Below, piece by piece: positions 56,763 through 64,000 of a stretch of 64,000 bases of DNA. Numbering within the stretch: the first letter of the stretch is position 1; each line of letters begins with the position of its first letter. The translations under genes were made by a program, and so were the position numbers. Source of the stretch: Candidatus Latescibacterota bacterium (GTDB taxonomy: Bacteria; Latescibacterota; UBA2968; UBA8231); assembly GCA_965242865.1 (NCBI GenBank), contig CBDETK010000013.1, positions 5,376,001-5,440,000 of the forward strand, written 5' to 3'. The notes under the pieces are model-generated. The model ran no database searches, had not been told where the DNA came from, and saw only the letters and a program-made list of their open reading frames with translations.

Positions 56763-58247
56763 TCAAAAGGCCAATAGCATCGGCCCCATGCGCTCAAGCA
56801 AGAGGGCGCGGTAGCGCTCGGCCTTGGCTACTTGCAGCCGCTCGAGCGGGTTGAAGTCGTCGGTGATGAGCTCGCCTGCGGGGGGCATGGGGTGTTCGTG
56901 GGCCGCGAGCCAGTCGGCGGCCGCATGGAGGGCCATGGGCTGCCGCGAAGCCAAGAACACAAAGTCGTTAAACGCTTCGCCCGGCAGGGAGACCAGAGCT
57001 AGGCGGTGCGGGTACAGCGCGCCCAGCGTGTGGTACACGGCCGCCGCGGCCTCGGCTTCTGGCCCCTCTGTGAAGCCTACGAAGTTCAGGGCCAAAACCC
57101 CGTCGTCCTTGAGGAGCCGGTCGAGGTCGTTGAGCATTTCGACGCTCAGCAGGTGGCTGGGCACGGCCCCGCCGGTGAAGCAGTCGTGGACAATGAAGTC
57201 GTATTGCTGGTTGAGGCGGCGGATTTCGTAGCGGGCGTCGCCCACGCGCAGCGCGCCCGATGGCTCGTAGAGAAAGTATTGCTGGGCGGCTTGGGCCACG
57301 GCCGGATCCAGCTCTAAGGCGTCGGTGGCAATGCCTTGGGCCGCAAAGGCCATTGCAATGTAGCCCCCGCCGAGGCCGATCAGCAGCGCGTCGCGCCCCT
57401 CCGGGCGCAGGGAAGGCAGGGCGGCGATGATTTTTTGGTAGCTGAGCACTGGCCCGCGGGTGTCGAGCCGCAGCGCACTGATGACCGAAGCGTCCGACAG
57501 CATCCACCGGACGCGGCGAGCGCGGTCGTCGATGACCCGCACCCAGCCGTAGTGGCTTTCGGTTTGGTGGACGAGGCGATAGTCGCCGTATTCGGTCGGC
57601 TTGGGCGCGGCCTGTAGCCAGAGCAACGCGCCGGTCGCCAGGGCCGCAGCCGCGGCCACCCCCCAGCGCCGCTCGTACCATGCCACGACTAGGGCCAGCA
57701 GGATCAAGGCCGCGCTGACGCCGCTGAGAATCACCCGCGACCCCAGGGCCGGCAGGAGGAAAAAGCCCAACAGCAAAGTGCCCACCACGCTGCCGACCGT
57801 GCTGACCGCAAAGACCGATCCGGCCGTGCGGCCCACGCCCGCTCGCCGCGCCGCCAGCTCGATCACCTGCGGCCCCACCATCCCGAGGCAGGTCAGGGGC
57901 AGGGCAAAAAGCAGCAGGGCGCTGGTAAAGGCCCCGGCGCGTAGCCCCAGATCGTTGGTCCACAGCAAGACCGGGCGGCTGACAAACGGAATCGCGGCCG
58001 TCGTCAGCCCGGCGAGCGCGATGGCGTGGGAAAGCCGAAAGCGCGTCTTGCGGTCAGCGACCAAGCCCCCGAGGTAATAGCCGAGGGCCAAGGCGATCAA
58101 CGCGACCGATATGAGCGACGACCACACGTACAGACTGACCCCGTAAAAGGGGCCGATGATGCGCGTACCCAGCAGCTCCAGCATCATCACCGCGGCACCC
58201 GAGAGGGTCGCGGTGCCGTACAGCAGCAGCCGATCCAGTTTAGTCAT
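56763..58247 (-). CDS. Fused membrane / spermidine-synthase-like protein
   Basis: MMLELLGTR, STVGSVVGT, LIGLGGG, ELDP, GDAR, DCF, ITDDFNP. Confidence 0.88.
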   Translation of the reverse strand: MTKLDRLLLYGTATLSGAAVMMLELLGTRIIGPFYGVSLYVWSSLISVALIALALGYYLGGLVADRKTRFRLSHAIALAGLTTAAIPFVSRPVLLWTNDLGLRAGAFTSALLLFALPLTCLGMVGPQVIELAARRAGVGRTAGSVFAVSTVGSVVGTLLLGFFLLPALGSRVILSGVSAALILLALVVAWYERRWGVAAAAALATGALLWLQAAPKPTEYGDYRLVHQTESHYGWVRVIDDRARRVRWMLSDASVISALRLDTRGPVLSYQKIIAALPSLRPEGRDALLIGLGGGYIAMAFAAQGIATDALELDPAVAQAAQQYFLYEPSGALRVGDARYEIRRLNQQYDFIVHDCFTGGAVPSHLLSVEMLNDLDRLLKDDGVLALNFVGFTEGPEAEAAAAVYHTLGALYPHRLALVSLPGEAFNDFVFLASRQPMALHAAADWLAAHEHPMPPAGELITDDFNPLERLQVAKAERYRALLLERMGPMLLAF

Positions 58248-59592
58248 GCCCGCTGCTTTCTCGGGCCGCTTGCGCGAGTTGTTGGTAACGCTGCATGGCC
58301 GCGGCCGCCCGGGCGTCTAGCCCTTGGCTCTTGTAGAGACGCGCGAGGTGGAAATGGGCGTCGGCGTACTCTGGGGCCAGCCGGAGGGCCTTGGCGAGGG
58401 CTTGGCTGGCGCGCTGCACATCGCCGCCGAGCAGGTACGCCGCGCCGAGGTTGGTAAAGCCCTTGGCGTAGCGCGGGTTGATCGCTAGAGCGATCTCGTA
58501 GTGTTCAATGGCCTCGGCAATGCGGCCTTGGCGCAACAATACATTGGCGAGGTTGTTGCGCGCACTCAGGTCTTGGTCGTTGATGCGGAGCGCGGCCGCG
58601 TACTCGACGCCGGCCTCGGCATAGCGCCCCAAGCCGCCGTAGAGCACGCCGAGGTTGTAGTGCGCGTTGGCGTCGTCGGGGTAGAGGCCGAGGATGTAGC
58701 GGAACCGCTCGATGTCGTCGTACACGGGTTGGACGCGCTGAAAGGTGGCCAAGAGCTTCTCGCCCCGCTCGGCGTCGCCGCGGCGCGTCAACAGGATGCC
58801 GAGCCGGTGGTACGCCTCGGGATTAAACGGGTCGAGGGCTAGGGCGCGGGCCAAGAGCTGCTCGGCCTCGTCGGCCCGGCCCTGCTGGGCGCGCACTTGG
58901 CCCAACCCGATGTGCGGGGCTGCGTCGTCCGGGCGCAGCGCAATGGCCCGGGCAAAGTGGGCGGCCGCTGCGGCGTGCTCGCCCTGCTTGGCTTGGATTT
59001 GCCCCAGCCGGAGATAGGCGTCGCTATACGCGGTGTCGAGCTGGGTGGCGCGGGTGAACGCCGCGCCGGCCGCGCTGTACTGCGCTTGGCGTTCGTAGAT
59101 CACCCCGAGGTTGTAAGTGATGGCGGGGTCGTCCGTGGCCCGCGCCTGCGCTTGCTGGAGGACCGCGACCGCTTCGGCGTAGCGGCCATCGTCTGCGTGG
59201 GCAATGGCCAACTTGCGGTAGAGGTCGATGCGGTCGGGGGCCGTCGCCAGCCCCTCTTGGTAGGTGGTGGCTGCATCCCCGTTGCGCCGCTGCCGGACGT
59301 AAATGTCGCCCAAGAGGACGTAGGTGTCCGGGTCGCTTGGGGCCAGCGCGACGGCCTGCTCGGCCAGTTGGGACGCCAGCCCTAGCCGCCCTTGTATCAA
59401 GTCGAGGCGGGCCAGCAGCAGGCGGGCTTGGAGGTGCTGGCTGTCTGCTGAGAGGACCTGCTTACAGGCCGCGACCGCGGCCGTGTACTCGCCGGCCGCG
59501 GCGAGGCGCTGCGCTTGGTCAAAGGGGTCGTCTGTGGGGTTGCCACAGGCGGCGAACAGGGCGGTCGCCCAAACGCTAACCTTGAGAATCAT
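58240..59592 (-). CDS. Tetratricopeptide-repeat lipoprotein
   Basis: FAAC lipobox; many TPR motifs (AHYNLGV, ARNNLAN). Confidence 0.88.
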   Translation of the reverse strand: MILKVSVWATALFAACGNPTDDPFDQAQRLAAAGEYTAAVAACKQVLSADSQHLQARLLLARLDLIQGRLGLASQLAEQAVALAPSDPDTYVLLGDIYVRQRRNGDAATTYQEGLATAPDRIDLYRKLAIAHADDGRYAEAVAVLQQAQARATDDPAITYNLGVIYERQAQYSAAGAAFTRATQLDTAYSDAYLRLGQIQAKQGEHAAAAAHFARAIALRPDDAAPHIGLGQVRAQQGRADEAEQLLARALALDPFNPEAYHRLGILLTRRGDAERGEKLLATFQRVQPVYDDIERFRYILGLYPDDANAHYNLGVLYGGLGRYAEAGVEYAAALRINDQDLSARNNLANVLLRQGRIAEAIEHYEIALAINPRYAKGFTNLGAAYLLGGDVQRASQALAKALRLAPEYADAHFHLARLYKSQGLDARAAAAMQRYQQLAQAARESSGHD

Positions 59593-61228
59593 ACATGGCC
59601 GCGAGGTGATCTCGGTAGATGGAGATGTGCGCGGCGTGCTTTTCGCGCAAGTGGGCGACGAGCTCGTTGTAGAGGCGGTTCTCTTCCCGTTGGGTATGCC
59701 AGTAGCGCACTTGTTTTTTCACCTCGTCGTAGGGCTTGGGCGCGGGGGCGGTTTTGTGCTGCACCTCAAACAGGGAGAAGCCGCCTTGGCGGTGATCGGT
59801 GGCCGTGATTTCGATGGGGCCGGTCAGCACCCCTACTTCTGCGGCGAGGGCCGCTTCGAGCAATTCGCCAAACGCGACCCGCTCAAAGGAATGGAGGTGG
59901 AAGACGCCGGCGTCGTGCCCTGAGCGGATGCTGTGCTCAGCCGCCAACTCGCCCAGATCGGCCCCGGCCCGGACTTCGGCGGCGAGGGCTGCGGCTTCGG
60001 CGCGAGTGCCCACGAGGATTTCGCGCACGGTGAGGGTTTGATCGGCCATAAAGCGGTGCAGGTTGGCCTCGTAGTAGCGCACGAGCGCGTCTTCGCTCTG
60101 ATCGACGTGCATTTCCACGCGCCGGGCGCGCAGCGCATCGACGAGCATGGCGCGCTTTTTGCGCTTGAGCCACTCGACGATCGCCGGCTTTTGCGCCAGC
60201 CCGCGCCGCTCAATTTCCAAGGGGAAGAGCACTTCCGGGACGAGGTAGAGCCGGACGAATTCGTCGAGGCCGCTGCTGTCGGCGCGGACGCGTGCGACTC
60301 GGCGGACCTTGGGATAGAGGGCGTTGAAATCGGCTTGGGCGATGTGGCCGCCGTTGTAGCGGCCGAGGACGCCGGCCGGGTCCATGTCGGCCACAGTGCC
60401 GGCCGCGACGTTTGCAGCGAGATCGGCCAAGGCGCGACCGTCGAGCTCGACCGCGTAGGCTTTGCTCAATTCGGCGACTAGGGCGCGGCGGCGCTCGCTG
60501 TGGGCGGCGAGCAGCGCGCCTTGGGAAAAGACCAGATAGTAGCTCGCCGGGGCCGGGCGCTCGTCCAAGACCTTGTACAGATCGTAGTGCGGGCCGACCG
60601 CCAGCGGGGCGCTGACCTCGCCTTTGGCCAGCTCAAAGATGGCCTCGGCTACCTCTAGGGGGACTGCCAAGGCGTCGAGATTCCCGCGCCCGAAGTAGGA
60701 TTCCAGCCCGGGTTGGCGGTGGGTCAAGTGCGGGCCGGACAACTCCGCAAAGGGGGTGCCGGTTGCTAGCTGGCGCACCACCTGTGCGGCTTGGTCGGCC
60801 GTGGCCGAGCGAATGCGCGCCAACTTGAGAATCCGACTCCACTTACTCTCGCTCCACTGCCGCTTTATTTCCTCCGGCGGCAGGTCGATTTTGTCTTGAA
60901 TTTCCAGCTTGACGAATTCTGCAAAGAGCTTCTTCTCGCGCTCTTCGGCCCACTGCGCGGCAAAGCTCGAATCGGCCGCGAGCGGCTGGGCTTCCACCAG
61001 CAGGAGCTCCAGATCGATCATGGCTTGGAGGTACTCGTCGAGCGCGTCAACGCCCTCCTTTTCGGACAGCAAGAGCGCCGGCATAGTGCCCTTAAACCGC
61101 AACACGTCCTCAAAGGTGATATCGACCTCGCCGACCCGGGCGACGACGCTTTGGTCAACCGGGGCACTGCAAGCGGCGACGAGCGCGAGCAGATAGAGGG
61201 CGCGGATGGCCTTAGCTGTTGTCGGCAC
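59576..61228 (-). CDS. PpiC/SurA/PrsA-type peptidyl-prolyl isomerase lipoprotein
   Basis: VAAC lipobox, VVARVG, GEVSAP, VREILV, LAAEHS; start chosen at GTG 61228. Confidence 0.8.
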   Translation of the reverse strand: MPTTAKAIRALYLLALVAACSAPVDQSVVARVGEVDITFEDVLRFKGTMPALLLSEKEGVDALDEYLQAMIDLELLLVEAQPLAADSSFAAQWAEEREKKLFAEFVKLEIQDKIDLPPEEIKRQWSESKWSRILKLARIRSATADQAAQVVRQLATGTPFAELSGPHLTHRQPGLESYFGRGNLDALAVPLEVAEAIFELAKGEVSAPLAVGPHYDLYKVLDERPAPASYYLVFSQGALLAAHSERRRALVAELSKAYAVELDGRALADLAANVAAGTVADMDPAGVLGRYNGGHIAQADFNALYPKVRRVARVRADSSGLDEFVRLYLVPEVLFPLEIERRGLAQKPAIVEWLKRKKRAMLVDALRARRVEMHVDQSEDALVRYYEANLHRFMADQTLTVREILVGTRAEAAALAAEVRAGADLGELAAEHSIRSGHDAGVFHLHSFERVAFGELLEAALAAEVGVLTGPIEITATDHRQGGFSLFEVQHKTAPAPKPYDEVKKQVRYWHTQREENRLYNELVAHLREKHAAHISIYRDHLAAMYDSQG

Positions 61229-61967
61229 GCCGAGTCCGGGCGTAGTACACTTCGCGCTGGAAGTCGTACGGTATATCCACGGTCTCCACGGGCGCGTCGC
61301 GGAAGTCGAACCGTAGCACCATGTCGCGGACCCACAGCGTAAATTCCTCAACGTCGCGGTCGAGCGGGGGAAAGACTAAGTACCCCTCTTGCTCTTGGCC
61401 GCTGAAGATCATGTCGTCGGCAAACAAGGTGCGCTGCAAGAGATCGCGCCGCGCCTTAAAGCCCTTGCGGGCATTGCCGCCGTAGGCTTGGGCGTAGGGC
61501 CAATAGTACTCGGTCAGGGCGAGGAGACTGAGCGCCTCGTAGTGCCGCCCGTTGGGGGCGATCAATTCGATGGTGGCTGGATTTAGGCGCACCTTGGGGT
61601 AGGCGTAGTTTTTGATTTTGACCAAAAATACGGTAAACCGCGTCGGAGCCTCCTCCTCGCCGGGCGGCGTCCAATCGCCATAGGTGTAGGGGTTGGTCGC
61701 CACCGCATAGGGGTTGGGCAGGGTAAAGCCCTCGGGGGCCTCTGAGATGCCGGCGAATTGCCGGTTCAGGGCTTCGGGCGACATGGGCAATATCGCCACT
61801 TCGAGGCGATCTTTGACGAAAGTGATGCTGTGGTCGTCGCCGACTAAGTAGTTGTCGTCCGCGATGGCGGCGGGCACGACCGGGCCGGTAAAGTGCCGAT
61901 ACCCCAACTTTAAGCCGCATCCGGCGAGTGCGATTAGCACTAGGAATACGCTACCCAATTTGTTCAT
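61212..61967 (-). CDS. Hypothetical lipoprotein
   Basis: LAGC lipobox; overlaps its operon neighbours. Confidence 0.75.
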   Translation of the reverse strand: MNKLGSVFLVLIALAGCGLKLGYRHFTGPVVPAAIADDNYLVGDDHSITFVKDRLEVAILPMSPEALNRQFAGISEAPEGFTLPNPYAVATNPYTYGDWTPPGEEEAPTRFTVFLVKIKNYAYPKVRLNPATIELIAPNGRHYEALSLLALTEYYWPYAQAYGGNARKGFKARRDLLQRTLFADDMIFSGQEQEGYLVFPPLDRDVEEFTLWVRDMVLRFDFRDAPVETVDIPYDFQREVYYARTRRADNS

Positions 61968-62149
61968 GGCTCCTCTCGCTTCTCGATTTCTTTCACCGCT
62001 TGCTCAAAAGGAATCGCCTCGTCGTCGGTCGATTTAGCTCGGTCGTAGGCCCGAATCGACGCTCGCTCCTCCTGCTCTTCGAGAAGATTCTCTCTAAACG
62101 ATACTGGCTGGATTCCCGCTTTCGCGGGAATGACGGTAGGAGCATTCAC
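61964..62149 (-). CDS. Small antitoxin-like protein with an in-frame REP at its N-terminus
   Basis: AAGGAGG RBS; VIPAKAGIQ is encoded by the REP; C-terminus IRAYDRAK..DEAIPFEQAVKEIE. Confidence 0.5.
   Translation of the reverse strand: MNAPTVIPAKAGIQPVSFRENLLEEQEERASIRAYDRAKSTDDEAIPFEQAVKEIEKREEP
62108..62134. repeat. REP palindrome
   Basis: CTGGATTCCCGCTTTCGCGGGAATGAC. Confidence 0.8.
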
Positions 62150-62178
62150 GGGAATATTCGTTCCTCCTTATACAAGAT

Positions 62179-62203
62179 GAGGAGGGGCGGCTTGCCCCTC
62201 CTC
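62179..62203 (-). terminator. Hairpin downstream of 62245-63168, probable terminator
   Basis: GAGGAGGGGC-GGCTT-GCCCCTCCTC. Confidence 0.6.
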
Positions 62204-62244
62204 TCTTTACTGCGGCTGATGCCTGATGCAATGCAGCCGTTGGT

Positions 62245-63168
62245 TTAGTCGAGCTGGCTGTCGAGATGGCTCTTGACGCGGCCCCAGCTCGTGGCTTCGA
62301 CCGACGTGTCGTCTTCCTCGATCTCGTCGGCTTCGAGCAGGATGTAGTCGAGCATCTGGTCGCCCTTTTGGTCTTGACCTGTGGAGCCGCCCAGCGGATA
62401 GAGCTGGTGCTTGGCCCCGGTCTCGCCGCCGTCGCCGTCGAGCGGGCGGACGCCGATGTGGGTTACTTGGTCCGCTTCAAAGATGTGCCGAATCGCCTCA
62501 TCTTGGGTCACGCCGTGGATGTCCCAAAAGGCGTTGCGGAACTCAAAGGTGTACGAGACGTTGGTCGAGAAATGCTCGGCATCCGGCGGATTGACCGTCC
62601 AAGCGATCTCAAAGATGTCGCCCGTTGGCTGGCCCTCAAACATATCCGAACTCCAGCCAATCGGCGGCAGGTCGATGTATTCGAGCAGGCTGTTGTACGC
62701 CACGGGCTGGCCCGGCAGCGGCTTGATGCGCAGGTGATACCGCTGGGCGTTGAGGACCTGATCGACGTTTTCGCCGAGGAAGTCGCCGCCCGAATGGTCT
62801 GGGTCGAAGGTGATCTGGATGCAGTCGTCGTTCCACCAGCGCTTTTGGTCTTCTTCGATCAGACGCAGGGTGTCGTCTTGAACGCGAATGAAGAAGTAGA
62901 AGCGATTGTCCGGCGGCTCGCTCCATGCCATCAGAATGCTGACGTCGTAGTCTTCCTTGGCGATGGTTTCGCCGCCAGCGGTGAACATGCCCTCGGTCGT
63001 GAGGATGAATTCCTCGTCCAGCCAGCCCCAATCGTCTTCGAGGCCGTCGATGGTCATGGCGCTGGGATTGGGCACGCCCGGGATGAAATACTCAGCCCCG
63101 ACGTGGGCGTTGGCCGCGCTCGCCAAGGCGAATGCTGCGGCGGCAAACAAGAACAAGAACTTTTTCAT
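62245..63168 (-). CDS. Secreted DOMON/CBM9-like protein with C-terminal TSWGxVK motif
   Basis: Signal peptide, IDGLEDDW, VQDD, NDDCIQITFDPD, TSVEATSWGRVK. Confidence 0.75.
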   Translation of the reverse strand: MKKFLFLFAAAAFALASAANAHVGAEYFIPGVPNPSAMTIDGLEDDWGWLDEEFILTTEGMFTAGGETIAKEDYDVSILMAWSEPPDNRFYFFIRVQDDTLRLIEEDQKRWWNDDCIQITFDPDHSGGDFLGENVDQVLNAQRYHLRIKPLPGQPVAYNSLLEYIDLPPIGWSSDMFEGQPTGDIFEIAWTVNPPDAEHFSTNVSYTFEFRNAFWDIHGVTQDEAIRHIFEADQVTHIGVRPLDGDGGETGAKHQLYPLGGSTGQDQKGDQMLDYILLEADEIEEDDTSVEATSWGRVKSHLDSQLD

Positions 63169-63259
63169 GCGTTCCCTCCATTGGGATTGGTGGTATAGCG
63201 ATGACGATTTATCGCGCTAGAAGGCCCTATATTACGTTTTTCAAAAGGGCTTAGCAAGT

Positions 63260-63319
63260 TCAATTTTCAGCACCGGACTGCCCCGTTTGGTTACCGAATC
63301 CACAATTAGTTGTCGGCAT
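63260..63319 (-). pseudogene. Probable N-terminal remnant of the partner gene of 63306-63554 (aspartyl-protease-like)
   Basis: MPTTNCGFGNQTGQSGAEN* overlaps the upstream stop; similarity recalled, not searched. Confidence 0.35.
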
Positions 63320-63554
63320 ATACGGGTCTGTACAGCGCAGAAGCCGGTAGGGTCGGCGGTGGTGCGCCGATTCGTCTGATTAGGTATGGGCCGTACCCGA
63401 AACGCTGTACTGCGTCGGCGGCAGCCTCTTGAAAATCGGCATAGGTCCCAACGAGTTTTTCGTCGTGCATAACGACCCATTCGCCCAAGTGCTCCAATTC
63501 GAGGTCGTCCCGCATGCGTTCGTACGCGGCGATTTCCTTCTTTATTCCAAGCAT
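63306..63554 (-). CDS. Small hypothetical protein (DUF5678-like)
   Basis: EIAAYE.MR..LE.EH.GEWVV.HD..LVG.Y..FQEA...AV.RFG.GPYLIR; GGAGG RBS. Confidence 0.7.
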   Translation of the reverse strand: MLGIKKEIAAYERMRDDLELEHLGEWVVMHDEKLVGTYADFQEAAADAVQRFGYGPYLIRRIGAPPPTLPASALYRPVYADN

Positions 63555-63684
63555 AGTCTGCCTCCTCCGCAAGGGGTATTTTTAGCGTACCAAGCGCAAA
63601 TCGCCATGTCAAGGTTCCCGCTACAGACCCGAGAAACAGCGGAAAGTTTCAAAGTGATCCCCTACCCAATTTGCGCGGTTTTTG

Positions 63685-64000
63685 CTACTCCTGCCCGGTG
63701 CTGGCGAAAATGCGAATGAACCCCAGCGAGGTGTTGCGATCCGAGGCTTCGAAGTTTTGCTGCTCCAGTTGAAGGCCCGCGTTTAGGGTGAGCTGGTAGC
63801 CCAAATAGGCCGAAGTATTGGAAAACAGAATCGAGTAAACGCGGCTGGTAAAGTCTTCGGTAAAGCCGACTTGAGCTTCGGCGGGCCGGTCGCGCAAGTT
63901 CTCAAACCAACTGAACTCTAGGCCGAGAGCGATCCACGTCTGTTCGAGGATCGCATAGCGCGAGATCAAGAACAAGGTTTCTTCTAGCTCGCGGATGTGG
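63685..64000 (-). CDS. C-terminal part of a probable outer-membrane protein; runs off the window
   Basis: Frame open to the window edge; amphipathic beta strands. Confidence 0.6.
   Translation of the reverse strand, partial: HIRELEETLFLISRYAILEQTWIALGLEFSWFENLRDRPAEAQVGFTEDFTSRVYSILFSNTSAYLGYQLTLNAGLQLEQQNFEASDRNTSLGFIRIFASTGQE

Noticed and set aside
4072-61342. Many long overlapping ORFs (e.g. 4072..5130, 7710..8711, 11337..12461, 24249..25595, 56968..57963)
   Set aside because: Alternative-frame or antisense shadows of GC-rich genes with no recognisable motifs
1-64000. tRNA, rRNA, integrase or prophage genes
   Set aside because: None recognised by eye; a tRNAscan-SE/Infernal run would be needed to exclude small RNAs

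Overview
GC-rich bacterial chromosomal segment. The TPR, FG-GAP and LRR proteins, the many sugar-acid enzymes and a C-terminal 'TSWGRVK' motif suggest a Latescibacterota/Handelsmanbacteria-like lineage, possibly host-associated (inference only). The backbone carries an M20 peptidase, a sigma54-driven Hsp20, a NuoEF plus selenocysteine formate dehydrogenase, a PLP enzyme, GT2/WcaJ, UppP, an enolase-family dehydratase, acetate kinase, a pentaheme cytochrome-TPR protein, two CRTAC1/ASPIC-UnbV proteins, SpeE-like membrane methyltransferases and a PPIase. It is interrupted by accessory cassettes: an IS5 nest, VapBC, a PtuAB/Septu-like pair, a decayed DUF499-DUF1156 locus holding an intact unknown 3-gene MBL-nuclease module, a type IIG RM + HEPN + PLD-SNF2 island, and an LRR/YWTD lipoprotein. 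Main findings: (1) an in-frame UGA followed by a SECIS-like hairpin joins two ORFs into one ~874-aa CRTAC1/ASPIC-UnbV protein, a candidate new selenoprotein, with the Sec-FDH in the same window as an internal control. (2) The 3-gene MBL module is a candidate defence system. (3) Four cassettes are each bracketed by diverged direct repeats of gene ends or a small gene, with no integrase in the window. (4) Several two-gene modules have lost the toxin or partner gene by deletion while the antitoxin-like gene is intact. All family names come from motif recognition by eye; no database searches were run.
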